64,000 nucleotides of DNA from Trichosphaerium sp. ATCC 40318 (Eukaryota; Protista; Tubulinea). Position numbers and translations under genes: made by a program. The notes below the pieces were generated by a model. The model had not been told where the DNA came from. It searched no databases and worked only from the letters and a program-made list of their open reading frames with translations. The DNA lies in assembly GCA_038496445.1 (NCBI GenBank), contig JALMLS010000478.1, positions 1-64,000 of the forward strand, in the 5' to 3' direction. How positions within the stretch are numbered: position 1 is the first letter of the stretch; the number at the start of each line of letters is the position of its first letter. Shown here piece by piece: positions 1 to 12,233 of the stretch.

Positions 1-148
1 GGTGGTTCTTTGCAAGTTGTTCGAACACTGCGTTCATTTGCTTGGATGGTTTGGACCATTCAGCCCAGAAATTGATGATAATTTGTCCATATCTAAATTC
101 AGATAGTTTTTCGAGTTGTGTGAGGGTCGTAATTTGAGTTGTGGCCAT
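1..148 (-). CDS. Monothiol glutaredoxin-3/PICOT-like protein, N-terminal thioredoxin-like domain (runs off the window edge)
   Basis: Frame not in the ORF track. ATG at 148 gives MATTQITTLTQLEKLSEFRYGQIIINFWAEWSKPSKQMNAVFEQLAKNH, matching the FWAxWxxxxxxMNxVFxxLA pattern of the Grx3/Grx4/PICOT Trx domain, which lacks CxxC. Confidence 0.7.
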   Translation of the reverse strand, partial: MATTQITTLTQLEKLSEFRYGQIIINFWAEWSKPSKQMNAVFEQLAKNH

Positions 149-252
149 TTGTGGTTAAAAGCGTGGAAATTGTTTTTTTCGTGGGTTTTTTTTTTGGTCC
201 GCACGAATATTCTTGCAAAGTCGACATTTGCACTCAATTTCACACAATAACC

Positions 253-678
253 ATGGCAGAACAATACGGTGCACCAAACACCATCTCTCGTGACGCTAAG
301 ATCCCATTGTCGTTTTTCAAGAAAGCGCCTATTAGGCCGTTCAACGCAACTAGCATGCTACAAATCAGACAAGCTCGCATGGTTTCGCCAGTTAGCTTTT
401 TCAAAATTGGTTGCGCCAACGCATACACCTTTTTCAAAGGCACTGTCCCACTATTATTCTATGGTGTATCAATTACTGTTTTCACTCTAATTTACACCAT
501 TGGTAAAGAACCAGCTACAGGATGGGAGAGTACGTTGTTATGTTATGCCTAAGGGATACTGACACTAGTTTTAGCGAGTGGCGCTTATGGACCTTCACGT
601 ACTGGTCATCGTATTACGTTGTTGAAACAGGGTAAAAACCCATTCGACCAAGCCAACTGGGCCGGACGTGGACATTAA
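253..678 (+). CDS. Small single-pass membrane protein, about 125 aa, function unknown
   Basis: ATG at 253; one GTACGT...TTTAG intron (about 530-574) restores the frame to ...GWETSGAYGPSRTGHRITLLKQGKNPFDQANWAGRGH*; hydrophobic stretch PLLFYGVSITVFTLIYTI. Divergent from the glutaredoxin gene across about 105 bp. Confidence 0.6.
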
Positions 679-1093
679 ACTCAACACAGGCGCTGATAAT
701 CGCGCTTCAAAGGCTAATTCAACACTTTGTACGCTGTTGGATTGCTGTAAATCTATATCATTGCGTCAAGGCATTTATTTTATTACAAACGACACTTCAA
801 CGCAAAAGCATCGAAAAGATTGTAGAACAACTCTAATAACAAGAAACTCAAACATCATGAAATGTTTTTGCCCTAATCAACGTCTTAACAGTTAACGAGT
901 TGGGGTTGGTTGTGCGAGCAGGAAAAAGCCATGGGACAGTTTTTTTTCACAGCGTGTGGGTTTATTATATTTACATACAGTTACATGATCCCCTTTTTCT
1001 TTTTGGGTTTTTTTTCCTTTTTTTTTTTTTGTTTTGAACGGAAGAAGAGGTGGTTTTCAGAAATTATTTTTGGTGAGGGTTTGTTGGTTGAAA

Positions 1094-4000
1094 TTAATAT
1101 GTTACACGATTAGAAAAGTCAAAATCCTCGGTCTGCCTACCGTACGTCCGAGAAGCACTCCTTTTCCTGGGGTTATTACGGCGGTTGGCGCCAAGTTTGG
1201 TTGCGCGTATTGAGTTTGGCCAAAAGCAGGATCTGCCAGATCCCATTGAATCTCGTCGCTCAGACTCTCGTCTATTCAGCGCTATATGATGCATCGCATT
1301 GCTCAACATAGCGCCATCGTCTGTGTAATAACCCTTGGCGCGTGCGCGTTGGGTTGGATAGCCATGTACGTCATAGAAGGCGTTAACACTGGCGCTCTGT
1401 GCAGCGCCCTCAAAAGACATGCTCCGTCTGTGCTGAGGTCTATGTATGTGTTTGTTTGGCACTAATACTGGTGCTACTTCTTGTGATCGCCGCTGTTGTC
1501 GCTCTTGCGGTCGCTGTTGTTGTTGAGGCTCTACTATTCGCGACATACGCCGACCACCTGTAGACATATTGGGTGACATTTGCACGGCAGAGGGCTGCAC
1601 GATCTTGGGTTGCTTTGCAAACTTCTTTTTCAAAAATGGATGATTCACTGCGTCCAGTGGAGTGATTCGATTTCGTGGTTCATACACCAGCATTTTAGAT
1701 ACTAGATCGTGGAATGCTTCAAGTTCTGACACATTAATATCCGGCGCCTTCTTCGACTCAATAATGTCCAGTAGCGATGTCCTCTCGCCATCCTAGTACC
1801 CAATGCGTTAGTGTGTACCAAAACAAGAGACAGTGTTATGAGTAGGCATTAACCAACCCAAAAATGTGCGTACCTGCCGCGGTAAAGTGTCCCTGCCAAC
1901 CTTGAATATGTGCCTGGCGTAATAACCGCGCATCATGGTAGAGCTGGGTGGACCCAGGACGTCTATTATTTTGTACAGTTGGTCCTTTGAGTCGTCTCCT
2001 CTGAAGAGAGGCTGTGCTGTGTAGAGCTCCACCAATACGCATCCCAAACTCCACATATCGATAGGATAGCTGTATTCAGTACCAAGTAATATCTCAGGTG
2101 CCCTGTAGTATCTACTTTGTACGTAGGGATACTTCTATTTTGTTCAAGAACGCCTTTAGTATTAAAAAAAAATAAAACTTGAAACACAAGCAAGTTGAGG
2201 CAGACATACCAGCTCGTCCTTGTTAGACGCCGATACTGAACTCCCAAAATCTATCAACTTGACATGAGCGGACGTGGGTGATATCAACACTATGTCTAAT
2301 ACAAAAACGATTAGGGATGGTGAGAATATTCAACAAACACTTTGTTGCGGTCGGCTTGTCCTTTTGCTTACTCTCTGGTTTTAAATCCCTGTGTATAATC
2401 TTCTTGTTGCGCAAAACAATCAAAGCGTAAAGGAGTTGATAACAAATCTTCTTAATGACGCGCAGGGATAGGCCAGGAGACGTTTTTTCAATCGTAAAGT
2501 TTAGGAGTTTGAGGAGGTTGTGTGAGAGAAGCTCAAACACTATGCACATGTGCCCATTATGCTCAAACACTGTCTTGTATTCCACTGTAATATCATTCTT
2601 AGCATTGGAACAGGTTATAGCAATAGTTTAATGGTACCTATGTGGGATGTGCCGTGCGGCGATGCATTCAAAAATTTGAGTATTTCAATCTCCTGGCGAG
2701 CACCACTTCCAAAAATAAATATTGTATTTCCGTAATAAGGTAATGACTAATACGCACGTTTTAAACGCTGGACTGTTCCGTACAATCTTTATGGCGAATT
2801 TTTCTATGAAGGCAGTAAGAAACCGTGACGTCAACATTATCATGATATCAGACAACAAAAAAGCAAAAAAACGAGTATTCACGTCAAATCCAATCGATTT
2901 TCTGCAATACGACGATACTGCAAACCCTTCCAGTTCTCATGAAGCTGTAGGATTCACCAAACGCACTTTCAAATTGTGCCTCTACTAAGAAAAGAATTCT
3001 ATTGCTCAACAAAGTGTACCCTCTGTTCGTGTGTCTACCGCAGCGACTGCCTGAGCGTGTGATCCTGCACCCAAAATCTCTGTGACTTGATAGAAATCTC
3101 CTAACATTTCACCCAATTGTACTTTGTAGTAGTTTCGCTCCTTGACTTGCTGCACTTGACTCAACTTATGGGCAAAAACCTGCAAAGCAAATAAGGTGAA
3201 ACGGTTTTATGAAAGTTTTGTTTGGGGCCTTCAAAAACCGGCTCTTGGTTGTTGTAGCGCGTAAAAATCACGAGGTTGGATGAATAAAGTACCTTGGTCA
3301 AGTTGCTGTACGTTTTGTCTAGAAAAGGGGTGAGAAGTGCAAGGCTAAATTTTTTTCAATTCAAAAAAAAAAAACGTTACGTACCCAAGTTTATTGTTAG
3401 TTTCACGACTGGTGCCTGTGACCTGGGTCGCATTGTGCTCTGCTGTGTTCTGTTCTGGTGTAGTGCATCCGTTGAATTGCCATGGGCAAATGCATCATAC
3501 GCGGACCTGCCTGACTCGTGGTTCCACATGCTGGTCGGTTCTGAGGACCTGTTCACGGACGGGCTGTTAGGAGTAACAAAGATAAATGAGGCAGGTTAGC
3601 GCTTTTTTCGCTTTACGGCAAACAGTGTGTAACAATCACAACGTAGGGCGTACACCATGTTCACTTCGCTCTGTGCGTGTGAGGCAACGTTATGTTTGGA
3701 AGTGGAATGAAGTGCTGAAGCGGAAGCCTGTGCAGTGATCGTAACATCGTTGCCAAACCCCTGTTCCGTTGTTGCAAGCCCAGTTTGTTCTATAGTCTCC
3801 GGTGTGAAAGGCGTCGGCAATTCTCTACTCTGGATCAATGTCGTGGATAGAGAAACGCGCCAAAAGAAAAAACAAGCCAAAAAAACCGAAAATCAAAAAA
3901 AAAGCAAAAAAAAAAAAAAAATACCCAATCTGCGCTTTACCTACGCACAACAAAACCAAAAGGTATTGGTTTGTACAACCGAAAAAAATTATCGTTTCAC

Positions 4001-4220
4001 GCACGTGGCGCAACCAGGAAAAAAAATAAACCAAAAAAAAAAAAGCAAAAAAAAAATTAGCGTGGCCGTTCTTTTTTACTGGGCATGTGTTAACGCACGT
4101 GCTACTATTAACGAATGATTTAAACGATCCATTAGACTCAGATTTTAGGCATCGTCTAGCTTTGGCTCTCTCGTGTAGTACTTCTGTACTTTCATCGTAG
4201 CTGGTGTCTCGTTTGCTCAT
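1094..4220 (-). CDS. DYRK-family dual-specificity kinase (DYRK1/Yak1-like), multi-exon
   Basis: Motifs [28 protein letters not shown], activation loop [14 protein letters not shown] (YxY), [25 protein letters not shown]; low-complexity N- and C-termini. First exon MSKRDTSY... at 4220 is inferred. Confidence 0.9.
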
Positions 4221-4609
4221 TGGCGCACTCCAAACACAAAAAAAGTGCGCTTTGCCGCCGTGCCTTGCGTTCTATGATCGAAAATGATGTTAAATCGACC
4301 TGAAATATTGTTCTTTGACTTATTTGCGCTCAGGTGATTTTTTTTATGAGGTAGTTCAGAAAATTATGTTAAGGCGAATGACACCCTTCCTTTTTGTCGT
4401 CAATATACGTTACACTGTATAGCGCCGCGGTACGCAGTATTACACCTAGGCGATGTACAGTAAGTTATCCCGTTTGGTATCAACCCTTTTTTTTTGGTAC
4501 AAACCAGTACTAGTAGGTACCTACAACCGTTTTTCATTTTCGTGTCATGACATAATAAAATTTCTTCCGTTGGCTTATTCGGTATTTTAATTGTGTGGTC
4601 TATCTAATT

Positions 4610-6290
4610 TTACAATGGGACTTGGTAGCTTTTTTTTACAACGTGTGGTACTCTTCCCGAAGAAATAAGCTCGCTGTGGTTGTCTTCTGGCGCTTCGGTA
4701 TGTCCTGTACAAGTTAGTCCCGGATGTGCACTAACGACATTTCTTTTGTTTTCAAAACCCAAAAAAAAAAAAGGTTGTTTTTCGCATTCATTCACGCACC
4801 TTGCTCTGTGTGTGGTCGGTGTTGGTGGCCGTGGTTTCCGTTGTGAGGGTGGTTACACGATCCTGATGAATGGCTGTGGTTGTGTCCCTCGCCGTGAGCG
4901 TGTTCAGCAGCGTTATGCGCATGTCCAGAACCTGCCACTTTAGGATATTGTCTTCGTTTGGTTTTACTCCTTTTCCTTGCCGCTGTTGTACCACTTGCTT
5001 CGATAGTATTAATAGGCGCGCCAGCAGCCATACGATCAGCTATATTAACTATCACAGTCTTTTGCACTTGTAAGTCATATTTCAGTTTTGTCGTCTCCTG
5101 CAGCAATCTTCCATTGCGTTCTATTTCAGTTTGCAACTGCTTCATAAACTTGTTCCTTTGGTTATGGAGTGTAACAATAGAGGCACTTGCTTCCCGCTCG
5201 GCGGCCTCATATCTCCCTCTAGCGGCTTGAAGTTTTACCAATTCTGCGTTATACACGCTGTCATTGCTGGGCAATCTCTTGGGACTGTCGCTTTGCTGTG
5301 GCGTTGCTGCTTCCAGTTTGTCAGCACGTGCTATGGCTTCATCGCGTTGGCGTTCAGCTAGGGGTATATGTTAGGTTATTGTATCGGTTTATTGGATTAT
5401 CAGACTTGTTTTAACGTACCAGCGGTAACCGCCGTAGTCAAGGCGGTAATATTATCCAAGAGGTGTTGGTGTTGTTGCGATTGCTCGACAGTGACATTGG
5501 CGCGTTGAGTCATGGCTGTCATCTCTTCAATTTGTTTGCGTAGCCTGTTGCTCTCCATTTGTGCGGCATTTGTAGCAGTACCTGTGATTGGGTGAGACAA
5601 GGCCGGTACATTGTAACAAACAAAAGGAACTAGTTGATTGAACGACTTACCGGCAGCTTCGAGCTGTGTTCGCAAACTGCCTATAGTTCTGTCTGATTCT
5701 GTCACAAGTTTCTGTCGTTGTGCTTCCAGCTCTTGTTTGTGATCATTTCTTACTTGCTCCAGGGTGGTCGATAAGTGTTCGTTCTCGCGCTGTAAATTGT
5801 CTAGGGTTGCAAGTTTTCCATCAACGCCTTGGAATTTTAACAAAGTGTCACTATTTGCGTCCTTTGCTTTCTGCGGTTGTATTAATACTTCCAGCGCGTT
5901 GTTTACGTTACGTACTTGTAATTGCTCTTGCAACGACACAATTTCCTCCTTTTGTGCCTGTATTGTCTTTTCGTGCTTCTGTATTGTTGCGCTATTGGTT
6001 AATTTTTCTTGTAGGAGTTGTTTGTTTGTTTGTTCCAACAGTTTGTAGCGTAATGGACTATCTGTAGTGTGTGGCACTGGATTAGAGGCAAGTGTCGACG
6101 TTGGCACTTGAATATTTGCTGTTTGGGTAGGGTTTTGCGTATGAACGCTACTTGTTGGTTGTGTAGCTGTTAGGGAGCTGTCTGACGCGTCAGCACTTAG
6201 CTACAATTGTTTAAAAATGGTTTAATAACCGTTACTGTACTGTACCATCTTGCCGAGTTCAATAAGGCGTTGGCGTTCGTCGTCCGCCAT
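4610..6290 (-). CDS. Coiled-coil protein, possibly golgin (GM130/AKAP9-like N-terminus), with a His-rich C-terminal segment
   Basis: Start MADDERQRLIELGKM; long heptad-rich ORFs 5400-6107 and 4792-5274; His-rich tail; last exon ends ...KKSYQVPL* at 4610. Confidence 0.55.
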
Positions 6291-6627
6291 TTTGTTTACT
6301 TGATGAAAAAATACACCTTGGAGTACAACACTGGACTGGTATAAAGTACTTTTGGTTATTCCACGTACAGTAACGCTTTACGTGGTTCGTGTCAGAGAGC
6401 AATGGTTTGTTTAAGTCTGTGTGACATTTAAGACCACTTGTTTCGAGTGGGGAGAGTAGCGACCTGATAAGTATTCGAAGGGGTGACATCACCCAACAGT
6501 CAAGATAGTGGATGAGAAGTTTTGACATTCAAAAAGCATGCGATAACGATTGGAGTAAATTCCAAAAAGTGAACACAAAGCGAACAAAAAAACGAGACCA
6601 AAAGTATGTTTGTAATTATTTGTACAT

Positions 6628-8829
6628 TTATTGTTTTTTAGCACGCTCAGCAAGTCTTGCATTCCTTTTATCTCTTTTATTTCGCTGCTTTTGGTGATGG
6701 CGTATGGCTTTCTTGACTTTATTTGGTTTAAACTCTAATGCCATATCCTTAACTTGTGCTTTCTCCTTGAGCGCCTTTTCTGTCTGGGCTCGTTTTCTCA
6801 TTTCAATAGTGACATCTGCTTCAACAGGGGCGTAGTTACCTTCCCGTTCAGCCTGCAGCTCGCGTGCATAATTATCCTCAACTTGTTCCTCATTAGGCTA
6901 TAACAGCAGATGGTTAACGACTTGAAAGTAAGACAAATAAAAAATTAAAAAAGAACACAAAACGTACCCCTTCGTCTTGCACCAGCTTTGGCTTTCTAAC
7001 GTATGGCTCATCGTGTCCAAGTAAAGCGGCTTTGTATTTCTCAGCCTTCTTTTTGTAGGCTGGTACATGGCTCTCCCTTCCGTAGTTGGTGTAAGGCGAC
7101 AAGTGAGGTGGTAGGACAGCGCCTGGGGCATAATCGGTCACAGGCATTGGCACCGCAAAGTTGAGCGAGTCGTACACCCACTGAGGTTGGACGTAGTCGC
7201 GGTCCAACATGCGGTGCTTCATGTCATGACGATCCCATACAACGTGTGTTATATTCTCATCATCTACATCCAGCGTCACCTCGCCACCGGCAGCCAATAT
7301 GATAAAGGCTAGCGACGTCATTGGTGTTTCACGACCAAGGTAGAATACCAAGTCGCTAAACACTGAAGCCACACGCCCTTTGCCTTTGTCGAGGAGGGCA
7401 TCTCGATCCTTCTCAAACTGCTCTGGAGGGACGTTTTCGTTCATATCGGCTTGGTCTTCTTCTTCCATTGGTGTCACCGTGTTGTGTTCGTCAGATTCTT
7501 GTTGTCTTGTGACAGCCTGCTCTAGTACATTGTTATCAATCTCAACGACTTCATCGTGCATCTCGGCGTCCTACATCACATCCGTGTCAGCAACTGAATA
7601 CGAATGCAAGAAATGGTGGCACGCTTGGTGGGGTGCTCAAAAAAAACAAAAAAATGATTCATTACCTCATCATCGTCGTCTGTGTGGTGCATTTTGTCGA
7701 CTGTTTCGGCGGACAGGTACTGAATGACAAGCTCATCATCCTTTGGAGGGTACGATAGCTCGGCCTGGTTGAACAGTCTGAACATTACAAATCCCATGTA
7801 TACCAAATAAAACTCAAGGAAAGAAATGACGATTAATTGCTGACCAACACTAGCGTTCACCTGCAATAAAAAAAATAAGGAAAAACAGTGATTTGTCTTA
7901 TCCCAAAATTGTCGCGATTTGGCTAATCGTATTACGTACAGCCATGTTAAAGTTGTGCGGCTCTAACCAGGTGATTCTGTGACCGTGAATATCAACTGAA
8001 TAATAGATACCCTTGATGGAGACAAAGGTTTTTCTCAAGGCATTCGTCTTGGATACGTAGAATTTAAAGTATTTCAAATATGCATTGGCTGTGTTGAGGT
8101 GCGCGTGTGGCAGTTGATCTGATATTTTTGGCATGTGTGCGAATAGAGCAAGGACGGATAAAGCATCGTCCAGCCCTTGAAGAGCTTTTTCAAACGTAGG
8201 GTAGCGCTCCTTGACCTGCGAAAAACAATTACAATCAGCTCAACCTTTTCATAAATGGTAAAAAAAAAAAAAAAAAGCATTGTTTGCCAAGTGTCAAAAA
8301 GAAATACGTACAACGTGGTCTAGGTTCATCTTCGGTTTTTCTGTAACTAATGTGCGAATTGCGTCAAAATCGCCAGCTTGCTCTGCTCGCTTTACTCTCT
8401 TGTGCCACGTCTTGAGCTTGAGCATCGTTTCAAGCATTGGGTCGTGTAACAGATGGCGTACATCCTTCGCTCTTTAAAAAATGTCATAACGTATACTACG
8501 AGCAAGAACAGCGGTCTTGGGCGTACCTGTATAGAATTGCATCAGGTTTGAACCCTTTCTTGTGTCTATTCCGTGGTTCACGCGGGTAAATACCCTTTAG
8601 AATACATAACCGCCTGTTTCAAGTCATTTCTCAAGTATTTTGTTTAGGTAATGTACCTAAAGTCGAATTGACTGACTTGTGCGTTCCTGCGCGCCTTGGA
8701 GCTTGACCAGTATTCCTTTTTAGCCCTCAACTACAAGAGTCAGTGGTTGGCCTGTGTAAAATAGCGTACAGCTGATTTCGGCTTGTACCGAACATGGTTC
8801 AGCATCTTGGTGTTAGTTTTACGACCCAT
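6628..8829 (-). CDS. PES1: Pescadillo/Nop7 (60S biogenesis, BRCT domain)
   Basis: RLCILKGIYPREP, LRKTFVSIKGIYY, FLEFYLVYMGFVMFRLF, BRCT segment FYLGRETP...ITHVVWDR...YVQPQWVYDSLN, YAPGAVLPPHLSPY. Confidence 0.95.
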
Positions 8830-9117
8830 GCTTTGTACTTTCTACAGAGTTGCGAAATGTTGAGTAAAAGAGTCAAGGCAGGTTTACTTAATCAAACAAC
8901 GTTTATACGCTCCGTTAAACTGTACTTTGCACAAAAAGGTGCACTGTGAAGGCAAACTTGAGGAAAAATTGCCCAACGCGGTTGAGCCCCAACTAGATTG
9001 CGCCAATGAAGGAGTAGCTCCTCGAGGAAGTAGTGGAATGGTACTGCGTGCAAAATGTAGTACTTTGTCAGAGTGACAGCAAACATAGCTCTCATGTACG
9101 TAATGAACTGTTGGATC

Positions 9118-9178
9118 TGTAATTGAAAGGTTTTTTTTTTTATTTTATTTTTTACAAGCTAGGATGTAATTGAAAGGT
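9118..9178 (-). mobile_element. Very short poly(A)-tailed retro-insertion (33 bp) with a 14-bp target-site duplication
   Basis: TGTAATTGAAAGGT at 9118-9131 and 9165-9178 flanks an insert that reads TCCTAGCTTGTAAAAAATAAAATAAAAAAAAAA on the minus strand. Confidence 0.7.
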
Positions 9179-9289
9179 AATAAGGACAAACGTTAATAAC
9201 ACAAAAACTTTCGTCCTAAGACAACCTCTAACGTTGCTGGGGGTAAAACACACGTGTGTAAGAATATATACGCTGTTCATGACCTGCAG

Positions 9290-10530
9290 TGATGTTTTTT
9301 ATTGAACCAATATCCATTGGATTTAAACAGTTAAAAACTCTCTTTTTGGTGTAGTTGCTATTGTGTCTGTTGTGCTGTAAGTTATTTAAATAAAGGCAAA
9401 TTGATAATTTGTAAATAAAAATGCTGATTTTGCAGATTTAGTAGTTGATTATTGAGTACCTTTATAAAGATCTTGTACTTGTTGTTAAAAAGCTTGATGG
9501 GTCTGTAGTAGCAATTGTTTAATAACAGCTTGGCTGTTAATGGTGCAGTTTATCAACTTTATTGAAAACAATCAATAAAAAACAACTTGAAACAGCAGCA
9601 ATAATTTTATTTGATACACATCCATGCCAAAGAACATTGGTTAAGAGCAAATGCTGGCATCTATAGTGTTTTATTTTTTCATATCTTACAACGCTATTAC
9701 CACAAACCAACAACCAAACAAAAAAATCCACAAAATCAACATACATCAGTGTCATCTATTTGGTCATCCACTACACTGTATAGTACAATGAATGAATATT
9801 TTTTCACACTTTTAAAAAATCTTTGGTGTAGAGTTAGTTTTGTACAATAAACATGATTGAAGCTGAGAGAGAATAGTTTGAAGGCATTTGATAGCTGTGT
9901 TAGATTTTTGGACTTAACAATAAAAACACAATATGTTGGTTCAAACTCTTGAAAACATGTAATGGACACTTTGAAGTTATACACACTGTAAAAGCATTTT
10001 TTAATTTGTCATTTTGTTTATTTGGGTGATTTGTGTGTCAGTTTTAGCTTAAGCTGTGGCCAATTCTTCCTCCAGTGTGTTGATTCTCTCGCTTTTGCTT
10101 TTCTCACTTCTTTTTAGGTGTTTGAGTTCCCTGAGATAACCTTTCAAGGAACATTGTTGTTGTGCCTTTCATAAGTGTGTATTTGAGCTTTTAGGTTGGA
10201 TAATGATCATCTTCTAACAGTTGGTTATGGCACATTTCACATTCACTGTTCACATTGCTTGGCTCAGCAACAATGTGCCTGATGTCAAAACCAGAGATAT
10301 AAAGTTTGTTGTGATACTTATGGCTAAGATCCACAGTTGATCTCAAAGCACCAAGTACCGATTTAAACTTGTCAGATTTGTTGTTTCTACAATAAATGCT
10401 AACTTTGTTTTTAGCCCACAACTTGAGGTGTGTGAGGCTTATGTGCTGATTTAATATCTTAATGTAGGCTTTGCCATGGCGAATGGTGTAATAGTACTGG
10501 TACTTGGCCTCCACTCTTCAAATTGCTGTA
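9290..10530 (-). mobile_element. Decayed, CpG-depleted repeat or TE remnant with broken reading frames
   Basis: Abrupt loss of CpG relative to flanking genes; fragmentary ORFs (10191-10514, 9736-9984) interrupted by stops; adjacent to recognisable TE pieces. No family identified. Confidence 0.45.
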
Positions 10531-10540
10531 GAAAACTATA

Positions 10541-10930
10541 GAATTGGACAAAATATGTGTGTCCAAAACATGCCCAAAATGTGCCATTTGCATGTTTTAA
10601 CCATGACCTGTCCTTAATAGAAATTTGACCAAAAAAGTGAAAAATAACAAAATGGCAAACTCAAAACTCAACCATCTCACCCCAAAGCTGATCACCTCTG
10701 ATCACTAACAATAAAACATGTATTTGCATCCAAGTGAGCAGTAATTAGGTTTGTATTGGCATGGCTTTAAAAGTATGCAAAAAAATCTAAAAATATCCAA
10801 AAACCAATAATTCCTTGATTTTTCTATTTTTTAAGCAAAAACAATAGATTAAAATCCAATAATCGTCTTTAAAAAGAGGTTTAATGAAGTTATTGAGCCA
10901 TAATATCCTTTATCTACCCTAAATACCTAT
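10541..10930 (+). mobile_element. Older, CpG-eroded partial copy of the hAT-like MITE at 11200-12233
   Basis: 10570-10833 aligns with 11271-11533 as a direct repeat; 10852-10930 is the reverse complement of 11661-11739. Confidence 0.85.
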
Positions 10931-11199
10931 CTGAAACTTGAAATATCTAAAACCACAAAGTTTCAGCTCCATAGAAGTCAGTTTTATTCATTTCTATCGT
11001 TACATCAATAGTAAAATTGGAAGTATGGATCCTGTAAGGGTTTTTTTGTACAGGTCAAAAGTACAAAACCTGTACAGGTTAGGTACAGGTCAAAATATGT
11101 GTCAGCAGTTATAATTGTGTACACAAAAAAGTAAAAACAATGGATTGGTTTATTGTTTTCTTAACTATTACAAGTACATTTACATTGCAACACATTATC

Positions 11200-12233
11200 C
11201 AGTGGTGGAATCGAACAAAATACACGTGCCTAAAACGTGCCATTTGTGTGGAAAATAAACGTGCCCAAAGCGTGCCCAAAACGTGCCATTTGCGCGTTTT
11301 AACCATGACCTGTCCTTAATAGAAATTTGGAGAAAAATTCAAAATAAAAAAATTGACAAACTCAAAACTCAACCATCTCACCCCAAAGCCGATCGCTTCC
11401 AATGGTCAACAATAAAACATGTATTTTCACCCAAGTAAGCAGTAGTTAGGTTTGTATCGGCATGGCTCTAAAAGTAGGCGAAAAAATCTAAAAATACCCA
11501 AAAACCAACAATTTCTTGATTTTTCTATTTTTTGTGAATAACTCAGGTCTACTAGTATGAATCCTTTAAAAAACAAAGTATGGCCCACTATTAGGTACAA
11601 TGCATGGTTTTGTGGTGGTTTGGGGTTCAGTGCCCCTTTTTAAGGCAAAAATGATAGAAAATAGGTATTTAGGGTAGTTTAAGGATATTATGGCTCAATA
11701 ACTCCATTAAACCCCTTTTTAAAGACAATTATTGGATTTGAGAATTTTTGCCTAATTAGGTAAGTTCTTGCTTAAGTATTTACGATAAGGCAGGATTGGC
11801 AAAAAAAGCAGGTAAAATGGCAAAAACATGAAGTTGGTTGATATAAACTGGGTATCGTTTATGTGGGGATAGTTTTATGTAAAGTTTGTAATAATTGTAC
11901 CAAACCTCTTTGTAATCGTTATGTGTTATGTATCGTAATAAATTGTTATTTTCTTTTCCTCTATAAAGTGGTGTTTTATGCGTGCCCAAAACGTGTGATA
12001 TGCGTGGCAAATATGCGTGCCCAAAACGTGCCCAAAACGTAGATAATAAACGTGCCCAAAACGTGTCCAAAACGTGTGATTTGCGTGGCCAGCATGTGGA
12101 AGAGAAACGTGCCTTTTGCGTGGAAAAAAAACGTGCCCAAAACGTGTCCAAAACGTGTCTTTTGCGTGGAAAATAAACGTGCCCAAAACGTGCCCAAAAC
12201 GTGCGATTCGCGTTCTGTCCGATTCCACCACTG
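11200..12233. mobile_element. Non-autonomous DNA transposon (MITE), probably hAT superfamily
   Basis: TIRs CAGTGGTGGAATCGAACAAAA at 11200 and TTCTGTCCGATTCCACCACTG ending at 12233; subterminal ACGTGCCCAAA arrays at both ends; no coding capacity. No 8-bp TSD visible. Confidence 0.8.
11980..12205 (+). repeat. Subterminal tandem array of 11-bp ACGTGCCCAAA-type units; smaller array at about 11223-11290
   Basis: Many imperfect copies of AAACGTG(C/T)CCAA just inside the right TIR; these generate the spurious repetitive ORFs at 11780-12358. Confidence 0.9.

Noticed and set aside
34-264. ORF-track protein MFCHGY...
   Set aside because: Wrong frame; the overlapping frame from ATG 148 encodes the recognisable Trx-like domain.
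3735-4118. Lys-rich and Phe-rich ORFs (also 910-1113 and 59023-59286)
   Set aside because: Translations of poly(A)/poly(T) intron or UTR tracts.
11980-12205. Repeat array as CRISPR or telomeric repeat
   Set aside because: Units are 11 bp, mostly abutting, with no regular unique spacers and no cas genes; they lie just inside a TIR in a eukaryotic genome, so they are subterminal TE repeats.
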